From positions 1-64,000 of the IMG/VR virus record IMGVR_UViG_3300013004_000031: a stretch of DNA of 64,000 nt; one strand, given 5' to 3'. How positions within the stretch are numbered: the stretch's first letter is position 1; every line of letters starts with the position of its first letter. A model generated the notes under the pieces. The model saw only the letters and a program-made list of their open reading frames with translations, was not told the origin of the DNA and ran no database searches. Both the position numbers and the translations under genes were made by a program. Source of the stretch: an uncultured virus (IMG/VR IMGVR_UViG_3300013004_000031). Taxonomy: Duplodnaviria > Heunggongvirae > Uroviricota > Caudoviricetes. Below, piece after piece: positions 1 to 9,241 of the stretch.

Positions 1-303
1 CCCATCACTACAGAACCCCCCATCACTACAGAACCCCCCACAACACCATCTTTAAGTTGTTGCGCTCCCCCTCCAAACCCACCAGTAATCAATCCCCCCA
101 TCATTCTGAACTTTACAACACGAACCATTCCCCCGTTAGTGATTGATATAACACCCCCGACATCTCTCAATCCATTTACCATTCAAATAACTACGACCAC
201 CACAACAACGACTACGACCACAACGACCACAACAACTGTTCCAAGAACTGGAACAGTTGTGCCTATTGAATGTGAAAGTTATTGTAAAAAGCTTGGGTTC
301 TGA
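1..303 (+). CDS. Partial (C-terminal) Thr/Pro-rich mucin-like protein
   Basis: Frame 1 is open from base 1 to TGA at 301-303: PITTEPPITTEPPTTP..., a run of 16 Thr, then a Cys-containing tail (ECESYCKKLGF). It is not in the ORF track because the start lies outside the window. Confidence 0.8.
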   Translation, partial: PITTEPPITTEPPTTPSLSCCAPPPNPPVINPPIILNFTTRTIPPLVIDITPPTSLNPFTIQITTTTTTTTTTTTTTTTVPRTGTVVPIECESYCKKLGF

Positions 304-314
304 TAATTATTAAC

Positions 315-1151
315 ATGCGAAAACTCACGATTGGTATTCCCACCTATAATGATTATGATGGATTATATTTCAGCATTCAAGCCATTAGAACATATCATCG
401 GGAAGTTATAGATGATATTGAATTTATTATTATTGATAATAATCCTGATTCTCCCCATGGGCAATCCAATAGGAATCTCACGAATTGGATCAAAGAACCT
501 TTTCAATACCTCCCATTCACCAAATACAACGCATCCACCGTTAAAAATAAGGTGTTTTCCCTATCGGATACCCCTTATACCCTATGCATGGATAGCCATG
601 TGATGATTGTCCCCGGTGCCTTGAAAAAGCTGATCCATTTATACGATTGTGGTGGAGATGGTGGAAATCTTTTACAAGGTCCTCTGCTTTATGATGATTT
701 CCATCATTATTCCACCCACTTTGATGACACTTGGAGTTCCCATATGTGGGGAACGTGGCAAACGGATGAGAGGGGCAAGGAAACGGATGCTCCCCCCTTT
801 GAAATACCAGCCCAAGGCATGGGACTGTTCTCCTGTAGGACAGACTCATGGTTGGGATTCAACAAAGCTTTTAGGGGCTTTGGGGGGGAGGAGAAGTATA
901 TCCATGAGAAATACCGCCAACACGGTAAGAAGACGCTCTGCTTGCCCTTCCTGCGTTGGTTACACCGCTTTGAGCGTCCTGCTGGTATCCCATACAAGAA
1001 TGATCTCAAGGATCGCTTTCGTAATTACATGATTGGGCATCACGAATTGGGGCAAGATACCAAAGTTCTCAAGGAACAGTTCAAAGGGGTCGTATCAGTG
1101 GAAGATATGAACAAGATTGAAGTGGAAGCTACGATATTATCAAAATTATAA
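315..1151 (+). CDS. GT-A glycosyltransferase (GT2/GT27 ppGalNAc-T-like)
   Basis: GT2 N-terminus (IGIPTYN...IIIDN), DSH motif, PAQGMGLF, GFGGEE and LPFLRWLHRF. Confidence 0.85.
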   Translation: MRKLTIGIPTYNDYDGLYFSIQAIRTYHREVIDDIEFIIIDNNPDSPHGQSNRNLTNWIKEPFQYLPFTKYNASTVKNKVFSLSDTPYTLCMDSHVMIVPGALKKLIHLYDCGGDGGNLLQGPLLYDDFHHYSTHFDDTWSSHMWGTWQTDERGKETDAPPFEIPAQGMGLFSCRTDSWLGFNKAFRGFGGEEKYIHEKYRQHGKKTLCLPFLRWLHRFERPAGIPYKNDLKDRFRNYMIGHHELGQDTKVLKEQFKGVVSVEDMNKIEVEATILSKL

Positions 1152-1331
1152 ACAATAGTTCTTCACATTACCCATCTCATCACGGTATCTTGCATATGAA
1201 TATGTAGCTACACAAGAATCTTCGTTTTCCTCCCATACTCCTAGAGTAGATTGCAATTCGTAAATTGCTTTAATATATTGTTCACAGGCAGATTTGGCAA
1301 GTGTAATATTTTCGTAGATTATTTCTTCCAT
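1146..1331 (-). CDS. Hypothetical protein
   Basis: ORF within a tightly packed minus-strand run. Confidence 0.55.
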   Translation of the reverse strand: MEEIIYENITLAKSACEQYIKAIYELQSTLGVWEENEDSCVATYSYARYRDEMGNVKNYCL

Positions 1332-1334
1332 GTT

Positions 1335-1565
1335 TCAAATATTTCCCAATTGATGTTCAATTCTTGTGTCCCATAACATTGCAGGAAGTCTATCCTCAAT
1401 ATATTGGGTGATTGCCAACGGTTTGATCATCTCCGCTGGATTGACTTCAAGTTCTTCCGCCCTCTGTTGAATGAAATGGAATGCTTCCACCAAGCAAGCC
1501 CATTTTGCAAATTCCTCGATGGTCATTTTGATCACCCCTCTTTTTTTAGTTTGTATTTTTATCAT
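1335..1565 (-). CDS. Hypothetical protein
   Basis: Packed ORF overlapping the upstream gene's stop. Confidence 0.65.
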   Translation of the reverse strand: MIKIQTKKRGVIKMTIEEFAKWACLVEAFHFIQQRAEELEVNPAEMIKPLAITQYIEDRLPAMLWDTRIEHQLGNI

Positions 1566-2091
1566 TTAGTTTTGTTTTAATTAATTTATCGATGTTTAAA
1601 TCCTCAATCGGTTCCGTGATCAGAACAGTATCAAGCTTTAAAGTAACGGAATATGTGTTATTACAGGCATCACATTTCACTTCATATTCCTCCTCCGGTT
1701 TGAAAATACCCTCAAACATGTTTTGACCACAGTTGCAGGGGAATCTAACGGAAGCTTCTTCCAACATACTCTCGTAGTTTTTAATCACCTCTTCCTGTTC
1801 GACCATCACCCCATCCGCTTCCTGAAGCATCTTCTCCAATTGAATCACCCGCTCATCGGTCTGTTTCTTCTCAAGCTGGTTCTCCAATTCAATAACCCTA
1901 TCATCCTTTTGCTTGCGATTGTTCCACCAAAACATTCCCACCCCACATCCAATCATGGATAACACGAAATATCGTAGGAAATCCATCTCATTTGTGGTCA
2001 ACCCAAAAGCCAACCCAAGGGAAATAGTAATTCCTCCCAATATTTGCAGTCCTATTTTTTCTATTTTTTCTGTCATAATTTTTATGTCCAC
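1546..2091 (-). CDS. Membrane protein with coiled coil and CxC...CxxC zinc-ribbon
   Basis: Two hydrophobic segments, an E/K-rich coil, PCNCG and CDAC. Confidence 0.7.
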   Translation of the reverse strand: MDIKIMTEKIEKIGLQILGGITISLGLAFGLTTNEMDFLRYFVLSMIGCGVGMFWWNNRKQKDDRVIELENQLEKKQTDERVIQLEKMLQEADGVMVEQEEVIKNYESMLEEASVRFPCNCGQNMFEGIFKPEEEYEVKCDACNNTYSVTLKLDTVLITEPIEDLNIDKLIKTKLNDKNTN

Positions 2092-2465
2092 ATGTAGCCC
2101 CGCTGTTGGATGATGATCCGCATCACTTCCGAATCCTCATCATAAAGTTCTTTCTCAATCTTCTCATATTCTTTCCAATCCTCAATCGTGTCAAGAATTT
2201 TTACGATTTCAGATCGTCCCACCTTGATCCAATCATAACATTGTTTGAGCAAGCCTTCTCTGGCCTTGATCAGATCGACAGTCTCTTGCGTCACATGTCC
2301 TTTCTCAAGCTCTTCTTTGAATAGCTCATCAAGATTATCACGAAGACCTCGTTCTTCCTCCACATAATGAACCAGAGATTCAAATAAACAGATTTCCAGC
2401 AGTGCGTCCTTATCCATCCAAGTTCCTTTGAGCTTGTTTGTTAGCCATCTTTGTTGATTTTTCAT
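2082..2465 (-). CDS. Hypothetical protein
   Basis: Packed ORF, 127 aa. Confidence 0.65.
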   Translation of the reverse strand: MKNQQRWLTNKLKGTWMDKDALLEICLFESLVHYVEEERGLRDNLDELFKEELEKGHVTQETVDLIKAREGLLKQCYDWIKVGRSEIVKILDTIEDWKEYEKIEKELYDEDSEVMRIIIQQRGYMWT

Positions 2466-2648
2466 TTATTTTTCAGATTTATAGTGTGCGTATAACCCAA
2501 CCACACCCAAGAGTATCCATGTAAATGGAAGATAATCAAGATTTTTTATGTTAATGAGAAGCAATAGCGGGGTAGTTATCACACCCATCACACACCCAAA
2601 CATGAGTTGATTCCAAAGTTGTTTGTTCATTTCTTTATTACGTGCCAC
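2466..2648 (-). CDS. Small membrane protein
   Basis: Two hydrophobic stretches; abuts the downstream gene. Confidence 0.55.
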   Translation of the reverse strand: MARNKEMNKQLWNQLMFGCVMGVITTPLLLLINIKNLDYLPFTWILLGVVGLYAHYKSEK

Positions 2649-2682
2649 TTTTATGTTGGATTTCGTATTTCATATTTCATAA

Positions 2683-2865
2683 TCAATTAAAATTATCTTT
2701 ATCTCTGAAAATATTGTCAATTTCCCTCAAACAATTCTCCACACCTTCACTTGATAGTGAAATATTTCGAGCAATATAGAGCCTATTGCAGATATCCTGC
2801 AATTCCCCAGCTTGATCAATAAAATCCATTACCACGTCCAAATCAATTGTATTCTCGTCTTCCAT
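2683..2865 (-). CDS. Hypothetical protein
   Basis: Preceded by the TTAAAAACTAGAnTACAAT promoter-like motif. Confidence 0.65.
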   Translation of the reverse strand: MEDENTIDLDVVMDFIDQAGELQDICNRLYIARNISLSSEGVENCLREIDNIFRDKDNFN

Positions 2866-2872
2866 GCTTAGG

Positions 2873-2891
2873 ATTGTAGTCTAGTTTTTAA
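2873..2891 (-). promoter_or_regulatory. Repeated promoter-like motif TTAAAAACTAGA-N-TAyAAT (copy 1 of 4)
   Basis: CATTAAAAACTAGAC-TACAAT, then 7 nt to the ATG. Confidence 0.65.
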
Positions 2892-3238
2892 TGTCCAATT
2901 GTGAATTTCTCAAGCGTTTTATCCCCGTTCTGCATGAGATACATAATAATCTTCTCCAGATTTCCCTTGAGTTTGATAAGTTCCCCGTTTTTCTGAAATT
3001 CCTCCATTTTCAGGAGATTTTCCAGATTTCGGGACGCTGCAAACGCATTATCCACGATATTTGCCATTTGTTGGGGTAATTCCCCAAATTCAAACGGTAG
3101 AGTGTGGGGAGCCTTGGCTTCTTTCTCATCCGTCTTGTATTTTCGCATCTGTTCCGAAGGATTCAGCGAACTTTCAAAGTCGAAATCGATGGCACCGGAC
3201 GCGATTGCAGTGGAATAGGGAGAATTTGAGGCAGACAT
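2888..3238 (-). CDS. Hypothetical protein (late-promoter type)
   Basis: TAAATA-ctaat-ATG upstream. Confidence 0.7.
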   Translation of the reverse strand: MSASNSPYSTAIASGAIDFDFESSLNPSEQMRKYKTDEKEAKAPHTLPFEFGELPQQMANIVDNAFAASRNLENLLKMEEFQKNGELIKLKGNLEKIIMYLMQNGDKTLEKFTIGH

Positions 3239-3246
3239 ATTAGTAT

Positions 3247-3537
3247 TTAATCACTTTTTCCATAAAGCCTGATAATTCTATAAATATCAGATGCTTCACC
3301 CACCTTTTCAACACCTTGGCAATATGAATCGTTATTACCAGCTTCTTCCTCAACCTCTGTTGCCGTCAGTGTATTACCAATTCCCATTCCAAAATCAATT
3401 CCACCCCCAATATATACTATTTTATTTTCATTATGATAGATTCCTGTAAATATCCAAGTCTTCCCTTCTTCCCAATCATCACAATGCCACCGAATAACAT
3501 CACCACATTTCACCGTTTCCCCGTTTTTGTATGTCAT
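3247..3537 (-). CDS. Hypothetical protein
   Basis: Preceded by TTAAAAACTAGAATATAAT. Confidence 0.65.
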   Translation of the reverse strand: MTYKNGETVKCGDVIRWHCDDWEEGKTWIFTGIYHNENKIVYIGGGIDFGMGIGNTLTATEVEEEAGNNDSYCQGVEKVGEASDIYRIIRLYGKSD

Positions 3538-3543
3538 ATTTTC

Positions 3544-3562
3544 ATTATATTCTAGTTTTTAA
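3544..3562 (-). promoter_or_regulatory. Repeated promoter-like motif (copy 2 of 4)
   Basis: GTTAAAAACTAGAA-TATAAT, then 6 nt to the ATG. Confidence 0.65.
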
Positions 3563-3585
3563 CGCTATTTCCACTAAATACTATC

Positions 3586-4002
3586 ATGGCTAATAAATTC
3601 CACGCTAAATTCCTCAAAATTCTCCAAGAAGCTCCCCAACTTGACATTGATCCTGATTTGGAGAGAGGTGCTGCTGAGATGTCCCTAGACGATGATGTTG
3701 CCATGGATGATTATGATGTGGACATGGAAGTTGATCCATCCGCTGTGGATGAGATTGGGGATGCCATGGCTCGCCAGAATGAGCAAATGGTTGGTGTTGT
3801 TGATAAATGGAATTCAAATATTGATAAGTTCCTTGGTTATCTCAATGGTGATCAGCCAAACAGTATTCAGAGTGTTCTGGCTACCGCCAATCCTGAGTCG
3901 ATGTTGGGTAATTTGAAGAACCAACAAGTGAAAATTGGTCGCATTGCTTCCGATCTTGCTGCCCTTCAACAGTCGTTTATGACTGCGAAGAAGTCTCAGT
4001 GA
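3586..4002 (+). CDS. Acidic hypothetical protein, candidate virion-internal protein
   Basis: TAAATA-ctatc-ATG; N-terminus MANKFHAKFLKILQE. Confidence 0.7.
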   Translation: MANKFHAKFLKILQEAPQLDIDPDLERGAAEMSLDDDVAMDDYDVDMEVDPSAVDEIGDAMARQNEQMVGVVDKWNSNIDKFLGYLNGDQPNSIQSVLATANPESMLGNLKNQQVKIGRIASDLAALQQSFMTAKKSQ

Positions 4003-5124
4003 TTATTTGATTAATTTCATTTTTACCGTAGCTGCCAAACCCTTGCAGCTATTTTTCACGATTAAATCCGTGGGATATTCATCCATGCCATAAGCCATAC
4101 ACACAGCATTCAGGTCTTTGAACTTTTTTCCATCATATTCTGGCCAGATGAAGACCTTTTCTCCCATATCAATCAGCTTTAGGGTCTTCTCCCGTGCTGT
4201 TTTATCGATCCACTGGCTATCCAATACCCAAATCCTCTCAAAGAACTTCAAACCATCCATCTGTTCCTGTTGATACGATGTGAAAAGCTGATCACCCTTG
4301 GTAATACCCCCAATACCAAGCCCATTGTTCACAAAACAAGCATCCAGTGGTCCTTCTATGATGAATACCTTATCCAAATCGGATGATATGCGCTCAATTC
4401 CAAACACACTCTTATCTCCCCCATCTTTTGATAGGTAAGAAGGGGATTCGTCATCCACCAATCGTCGGCTCTGGTAATAAACAATCTTCCCGTTCTCATC
4501 CTTGAAAGGTATCACCAGACGCTTATCATGCTTTTCATCCTTCAAAGAGATGTAGAAGGCATCTGGACGGTTCACAGCGGTATCCAATCGCCTTTCCTTG
4601 ATGTAAGCCAGAGCTTTTTGGACGATCTTGTTATTCTTGTAGTAATCGGTCTGATTCTTATCAAATAGATTGATACTATCCATCGGTAAGGATGCTGATT
4701 TGGGTTTTTCCTGTTTTTCTTCCATATCCATGACATTAATCATCCCATAATTACCTTTCTCAATCTCATCCACCATCTGATTGAAGGACAATCCCGACAC
4801 TTCCTTGATCCATTTGTAAGGCTTGGATGACCAGCCGCAATTGTGGCAAAATATGTTGTCATTTTCGGGAATGTAGAAGCATCGTTTCTTTGATCCCCAA
4901 CTTTTACCTTCCCGGCATATGGGACAACAGCAATTATAATTACCATTATGGCTGTTAAAAGAAACTTTATATCCATATTCGTAAAATTTGGACACCACAT
5001 AATCAGTGGGAAACTCAATGATCCTCTTTTGCAAGGACTTCGTATTGGGCTTGGACAACGCGGCGGATATTTTTTGGGAGATGTTCAACGAATTCAATAA
5101 TCTCATGTTCTTTGGCAAAGTCAA
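4003..5124 (-). CDS. 61: DNA primase (T4 gp61-like)
   Basis: Zinc finger CPIC...CHNC, RLVIPF..YYQSR, TOPRIM IIEGPLDA, and KDLN. The start codon is uncertain. Confidence 0.92.
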   Translation of the reverse strand: MTLPKNMRLLNSLNISQKISAALSKPNTKSLQKRIIEFPTDYVVSKFYEYGYKVSFNSHNGNYNCCCPICREGKSWGSKKRCFYIPENDNIFCHNCGWSSKPYKWIKEVSGLSFNQMVDEIEKGNYGMINVMDMEEKQEKPKSASLPMDSINLFDKNQTDYYKNNKIVQKALAYIKERRLDTAVNRPDAFYISLKDEKHDKRLVIPFKDENGKIVYYQSRRLVDDESPSYLSKDGGDKSVFGIERISSDLDKVFIIEGPLDACFVNNGLGIGGITKGDQLFTSYQQEQMDGLKFFERIWVLDSQWIDKTAREKTLKLIDMGEKVFIWPEYDGKKFKDLNAVCMAYGMDEYPTDLIVKNSCKGLAATVKMKLIK

Positions 5125-5284
5125 ATTTGTCTTCCGGGACTCTTTGGATTTTTATATCTGGAACAGAGAGAAACACATAATCATCCCCATCTTTTTTAAT
5201 AAAATTGAATAATTGTCCAACGAAATCCCCCGTTTGAACGGCATAAACATCACCTTTCTTAATTTTTGGTTTTTTAAAAAACAT
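5015..5284 (-). CDS. Hypothetical protein
   Basis: Packed ORF; overlaps the primase 5' end. Confidence 0.6.
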   Translation of the reverse strand: MFFKKPKIKKGDVYAVQTGDFVGQLFNFIKKDGDDYVFLSVPDIKIQRVPEDKFDFAKEHEIIEFVEHLPKNIRRVVQAQYEVLAKEDH

Positions 5285-5287
5285 TAT

Positions 5288-5602
5288 TCAAAAATCGTCT
5301 GCAAGATTCATCCTACCAGCCATGAACTCTCCAAATTTCTGGATGAATAGGTTTTGCATGGCATTATCCTCCATCTTATTGGCGTGAAATGCGATTTCCA
5401 CAACATTTCCATCCAGATCATATCCGAGGAGCTTACCACATACTAAAAATTCCTTCAAAATAGCCTTTAGAGCATCGTTTGTCAGTGGATGAGAACCTTT
5501 CTTACGCTCGTTCCTAAGCTTCTTTTTCAGGGATTCCCGAAGAACTTCCAATACCTGCTCATCCACGAAGATTTCCTCCGGTTCTTCATCATTCTTGGCC
5601 AT
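5288..5602 (-). CDS. Hypothetical protein
   Basis: Start re-assigned to the ATG after TAAGTA-tgaat. Confidence 0.65.
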   Translation of the reverse strand: MAKNDEEPEEIFVDEQVLEVLRESLKKKLRNERKKGSHPLTNDALKAILKEFLVCGKLLGYDLDGNVVEIAFHANKMEDNAMQNLFIQKFGEFMAGRMNLADDF

Positions 5603-5936
5603 ATTCATACTTATCCTTGACATAAACAGAATTAACATTCATCTGCCTCACTCCTTTTTCAATCAGAGTAGTGACAACAATTTCCATACTCTGAGTTTTA
5701 AGGTTGAAATTCTTGATAAAACGATTACCCCCGTCATTAAACTCAAACATCACATCCCCCAGAGCTTCCTTGTTCTGATAACAGGTAATAATAACCGAAG
5801 TATTGCTAGGATCAACCATGATCGACCATTTGCGGGGATCGTGTTGGGCATACTTATCAAACAGCTTAATGGTTGCAAACCCCGAATCCCTGAGTCTCTT
5901 GATGAAATACCCCTGTGTGCTAACGTTGTTCTTCAT
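5589..5936 (-). CDS. Hypothetical protein
   Basis: Start re-assigned to the ATG after TAAGTA-ttaac. Confidence 0.65.
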   Translation of the reverse strand: MKNNVSTQGYFIKRLRDSGFATIKLFDKYAQHDPRKWSIMVDPSNTSVIITCYQNKEALGDVMFEFNDGGNRFIKNFNLKTQSMEIVVTTLIEKGVRQMNVNSVYVKDKYEYGQE

Positions 5937-5965
5937 GTTAATACTTAACGAATATTTTGGATAAC

Positions 5966-6370
5966 TCAAGCAAGATATTCTTTCATAATGTCACGAATAA
6001 TCCGTCTTCCTTCCTCATTTGCAGAGTGAACATAGACCTTGATGTTATCATTTGGAGACAATTTATCCTTCAGATACTTGGCACAGTGAATACCAGACTT
6101 TGTTTGGAAATTCTCCCATTCATAATAACCGGGATTCTTGAGAAAATTGATATAATATTTCATGTGTTCCAAGCACAAATCATTGTCAAATGAACAAATG
6201 GATGGAAACCCTCGTTCCTCAATAATCTTCACGAAATCGTTATAATTTCTAACAATTTCCCAATTTCCATTGGATGTTTTGGTCTTATCCAACAGCATCA
6301 CACCCCCGTCATTATATAGAAATGCATCTTTGGGTTGGCGCACATCATCAAGAAATAATAAATAAGACAT
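5966..6370 (-). CDS. Cyclic-phosphate-processing receiver-like domain protein
   Basis: LFLDDVRQP...W.IVRNYNDF...SFDNDL...SG.HCAKYL...YVHSAN..G pattern. Confidence 0.7.
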   Translation of the reverse strand: MSYLLFLDDVRQPKDAFLYNDGGVMLLDKTKTSNGNWEIVRNYNDFVKIIEERGFPSICSFDNDLCLEHMKYYINFLKNPGYYEWENFQTKSGIHCAKYLKDKLSPNDNIKVYVHSANEEGRRIIRDIMKEYLA

Positions 6371-7185
6371 TATTCAACACCCTCACTAAATTTTTGTTTA
6401 TCTCTAAATTCAGCCACCGATGGGTATCCACCATCAATAACTTTCAATTCCTCTGGATTAATTCCTCGAAATTCCCATACTACCTTCTTTTCAAAGGGGG
6501 ATATTTTGAAATTGGAATGCGCCCTCATCAGAATATCAACGATATCTTCATGTGATAATTCGGGATATATTTTGCTTTTTAATTCTTTGATCTCCCCCGA
6601 TGGCGTGTCCCTAAAAGTATCACCGTAATGAGAAAATTGTTTGGAATCTATGGCAACCCAAAAAATATCATCACCCGCAAAACAATTCTTAATACTTTTC
6701 AATATATTATTATCAATATTTTTAGTATCACACCAAAAAGCAATCAGAGAGACATTCTTACCAGCAGATTTGGATTTAATATTTTTCCAGATTCTTCCAG
6801 AAAATGTGTTGCGTCGAGTATTGCCCATGATCTGATCCTTTTGATTATCATAATAATAGTCAAGATCATCAGAAGTCGCTTCACCACAAACCTTAACAGA
6901 GTAATCTTTTAAAATACTCTTAAATTGTTTAGGGTCTGCTTTGACTTTAGCTAAAGCATTGAAAATAGATGGGTGTGTATTGGAAGTATGAAAGAGTGTC
7001 TTTCCTATGAAAGAAAAAGCTTCTCCCGATTCATATGAATAGGAGTCCCCATCAAAATTAATCTGATCAGGACTAGAATTTTTGGAAGGAATCTTAACGT
7101 TTTCCATTAAAATTACACCTCTTGCTGTAGCTCGCTCCTCAATTATCTTTTGGTAAAGCTCTCGTATGTTCAAATCATCCTTCAT
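6370..7185 (-). CDS. Hypothetical protein, candidate virion-internal protein
   Basis: N-terminus MKDDLNIRELYQKIIEE resembles other propeptide-like starts in this window. Confidence 0.65.
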   Translation of the reverse strand: MKDDLNIRELYQKIIEERATARGVILMENVKIPSKNSSPDQINFDGDSYSYESGEAFSFIGKTLFHTSNTHPSIFNALAKVKADPKQFKSILKDYSVKVCGEATSDDLDYYYDNQKDQIMGNTRRNTFSGRIWKNIKSKSAGKNVSLIAFWCDTKNIDNNILKSIKNCFAGDDIFWVAIDSKQFSHYGDTFRDTPSGEIKELKSKIYPELSHEDIVDILMRAHSNFKISPFEKKVVWEFRGINPEELKVIDGGYPSVAEFRDKQKFSEGVE

Positions 7186-7480
7186 TGTTCCAAATTTCCT
7201 CCCATTTTTTAAATTTTTCAATCAATATATCCAAATTTTTAGATTCATACCTACAATCAACTGAAGTTGTATAGTAATGAATGTTCCTATTCAATTCCTT
7301 ATAACCACCATAATTCAACACATCTTCCCCGTCAGAATGCTCAACTTTTAACACGAATGTATCATACATCCCATTGTCATCAACGTCAATAGACATGAAT
7401 TTGTCTTTTATTGGATAAAAACGAACATTCTCGTATTTGGAAGCATTTTCTTTGTATTCTTCTGGATAAAATATAATCAT
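7175..7480 (-). CDS. Hypothetical protein
   Basis: Preceded by TTAAAAACTAGAGTATAAT. Confidence 0.6.
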   Translation of the reverse strand: MIIFYPEEYKENASKYENVRFYPIKDKFMSIDVDDNGMYDTFVLKVEHSDGEDVLNYGGYKELNRNIHYYTTSVDCRYESKNLDILIEKFKKWEEIWNNEG

Positions 7481-7486
7481 GATAGC

Positions 7487-7505
7487 ATTATACTCTAGTT
7501 TTTAA
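7487..7505 (-). promoter_or_regulatory. Repeated promoter-like motif (copy 3 of 4)
   Basis: GTTAAAAACTAGAG-TATAAT, then 6 nt to the ATG. Confidence 0.65.
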
Positions 7506-8094
7506 CCATAAAAATCACCACCGTAGGATTTGTGGGATCAACGTTTCCGTTATCATCCACAAAATATGAAATACCGTTTTTCACCGGATATTCTCCCTCC
7601 ATATTCAGCGTTCGATCAATCACGAAACCATTTCTACTGTAAAGCCTGAACAAACCTTCATCCTTGATGTTGCCTTTATCGTCTTGGGTTGCAAAACAGT
7701 CCAATCTTGTGGCTCCCTGTTTGATAGCCTCCTGCACCAGAGCATTACCCGAAGATTCCTGCGAGGAGAACACCGAAACCAATTCATCTTCATCCTTGAT
7801 ACAAAATCCACTGGAATTGTTCTTACCCAAGAAACACTTCATGCGCTGGTAATCTTGAACGGGATAAACACTGAGATTATTCTTGATGTTCTTAAAAAAT
7901 TTGGGATTTACCGTTTTGCGAAATTCATCATTCTTCGTGATATTTGTCAGGGCTTGGAAAAATACCCTACCGCTCACCTGTTGAAAATTATCAGGATTGT
8001 TTGGATCAAGTCTTTGACCCTTTCTTAATTGTTCGGGAGATAATTTGCCAATATCGGTGAATTTTTCCCAAAAAAATTGATAAAACGATTTCAT
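7495..8094 (-). CDS. Putative GNAT-like acetyltransferase with capsid-targeting-like N-terminus
   Basis: ELVSVFS..SGNALVQEAIKQG..LDCF...LFRLYSRNGF; begins MKSFYQFFWE; TAAATA-attga-ATG. Confidence 0.55.
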   Translation of the reverse strand: MKSFYQFFWEKFTDIGKLSPEQLRKGQRLDPNNPDNFQQVSGRVFFQALTNITKNDEFRKTVNPKFFKNIKNNLSVYPVQDYQRMKCFLGKNNSSGFCIKDEDELVSVFSSQESSGNALVQEAIKQGATRLDCFATQDDKGNIKDEGLFRLYSRNGFVIDRTLNMEGEYPVKNGISYFVDDNGNVDPTNPTVVIFMVKN

Positions 8095-8098
8095 TCAA

Positions 8099-8356
8099 TT
8101 ATTTAACTGATATATCGGCAATTACTGTTGAATGATTCAAACGATTATTAAAATCCGACCATTTAATGGGAGTATCCATCGTCACTCCATCGTCCCATGC
8201 CCAGCCATTGGGATTCACAATACGAATAACCTCTGGCGTTTCCTTGAGCCATTCGTGGGCGGTCTTCTTGGCGAAGATACGCTCCCACCCTTCATCATAA
8301 GCTTTGTTCTGGATACCAGACTTTATAACTTTTCCCGTCACATCATTGATCGCCAT
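8099..8356 (-). CDS. Hypothetical protein
   Basis: Packed ORF. Confidence 0.6.
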   Translation of the reverse strand: MAINDVTGKVIKSGIQNKAYDEGWERIFAKKTAHEWLKETPEVIRIVNPNGWAWDDGVTMDTPIKWSDFNNRLNHSTVIADISVK

Positions 8357-8585
8357 AGATACCCCTTTCTACCATTTTACCATATTCGGAAGAGTCACAA
8401 GGATAACTATTGAAACAATGATCCCATAGCCAAGGTTCTTGTTCTTCTGATGGCTCAATTTCATCAATCAACTTGTCATATAGATCATTCTGCTGCTGTT
8501 GAAGCTGTTCGATAACCGCTCGCGTTCCTTCAATCTTGCTCCGGTGCTGTTCCATACCATCTGTCGTATTTTGTTCTGTATTCAT
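8343..8585 (-). CDS. Hypothetical protein
   Basis: Packed ORF. Confidence 0.6.
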   Translation of the reverse strand: MNTEQNTTDGMEQHRSKIEGTRAVIEQLQQQQNDLYDKLIDEIEPSEEQEPWLWDHCFNSYPCDSSEYGKMVERGIYGDQ

Positions 8586-9216
8586 TTATTTTATTTTGTA
8601 TTTCTTTTAAATCCGTGTAATAATCCTCAATTTGAGGAATCACATAATTCCTTCGGGTGATCTCATCAATCCCATCAATCAGCATTTCTTTGGCGTTTGG
8701 GTTTTCCAAACGATTCTTCCTAAGCCTGTCATTGATTTCCTTGCGGTTTTGTTCGACTTCTTCCAAATACGCTTTCAATTCATCATCCGTTCTCTTGTAA
8801 GGAATGTCGTGCTTTACCAAAGTAATATCACTCAATTCACCATCAATGAATTTAACATCCCATTCAATCCATCCACAGATAAATCTATGAGCATCAGGAG
8901 TGCCATACTGCATACCCTTATCTTCAGGATGACGATAAGATTCGTAAATACCAACCGTTCCGGTGAAGTCATATGGCTCCCACCATTCTTTTTCAACTAC
9001 GAATTCCATACCAAAGAACGGAATGTTGGGATTTTCAAAATGATGTCCTGTTTGTCTGAGGATTTCCAACTTCTTTTCAGAATTTACCCTGAAATTCAGC
9101 ATCAGATTTTCATCCAAATCCTTGGTTTGGAACACCAAAGTCTTCCGATCAATCTCTGAAGGAAGATCGGGTAGAGTGATGCTCTCGTCTATTGTGAGGT
9201 TGTTAAACATTCCCAT
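8530..9216 (-). CDS. Hypothetical protein
   Basis: 228-aa ORF (MGMF...FQTKDL), preceded by the repeated promoter motif. Confidence 0.7.
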   Translation of the reverse strand: MGMFNNLTIDESITLPDLPSEIDRKTLVFQTKDLDENLMLNFRVNSEKKLEILRQTGHHFENPNIPFFGMEFVVEKEWWEPYDFTGTVGIYESYRHPEDKGMQYGTPDAHRFICGWIEWDVKFIDGELSDITLVKHDIPYKRTDDELKAYLEEVEQNRKEINDRLRKNRLENPNAKEMLIDGIDEITRRNYVIPQIEDYYTDLKEIQNKINEYRTKYDRWYGTAPEQD

Positions 9217-9222
9217 AATTTT

Positions 9223-9241
9223 ATTATATTCTAGTTTTTAA
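9223..9241 (-). promoter_or_regulatory. Repeated promoter-like motif (copy 4 of 4)
   Basis: CTTAAAAACTAGAA-TATAAT, then 6 nt to the ATG. Confidence 0.65.

Noticed and set aside
1..240. Short tandem repeats at the window start as a possible CRISPR or non-coding repeat
   Set aside because: They are in-frame coding repeats (PITTEP, poly-Thr) with no unique spacers.
2645..2682. ATGAAAT-like 7-mer repeated three times, giving 9-11 codon micro-ORFs
   Set aside because: Too short to support; likely a slippage duplication or gene remnant.
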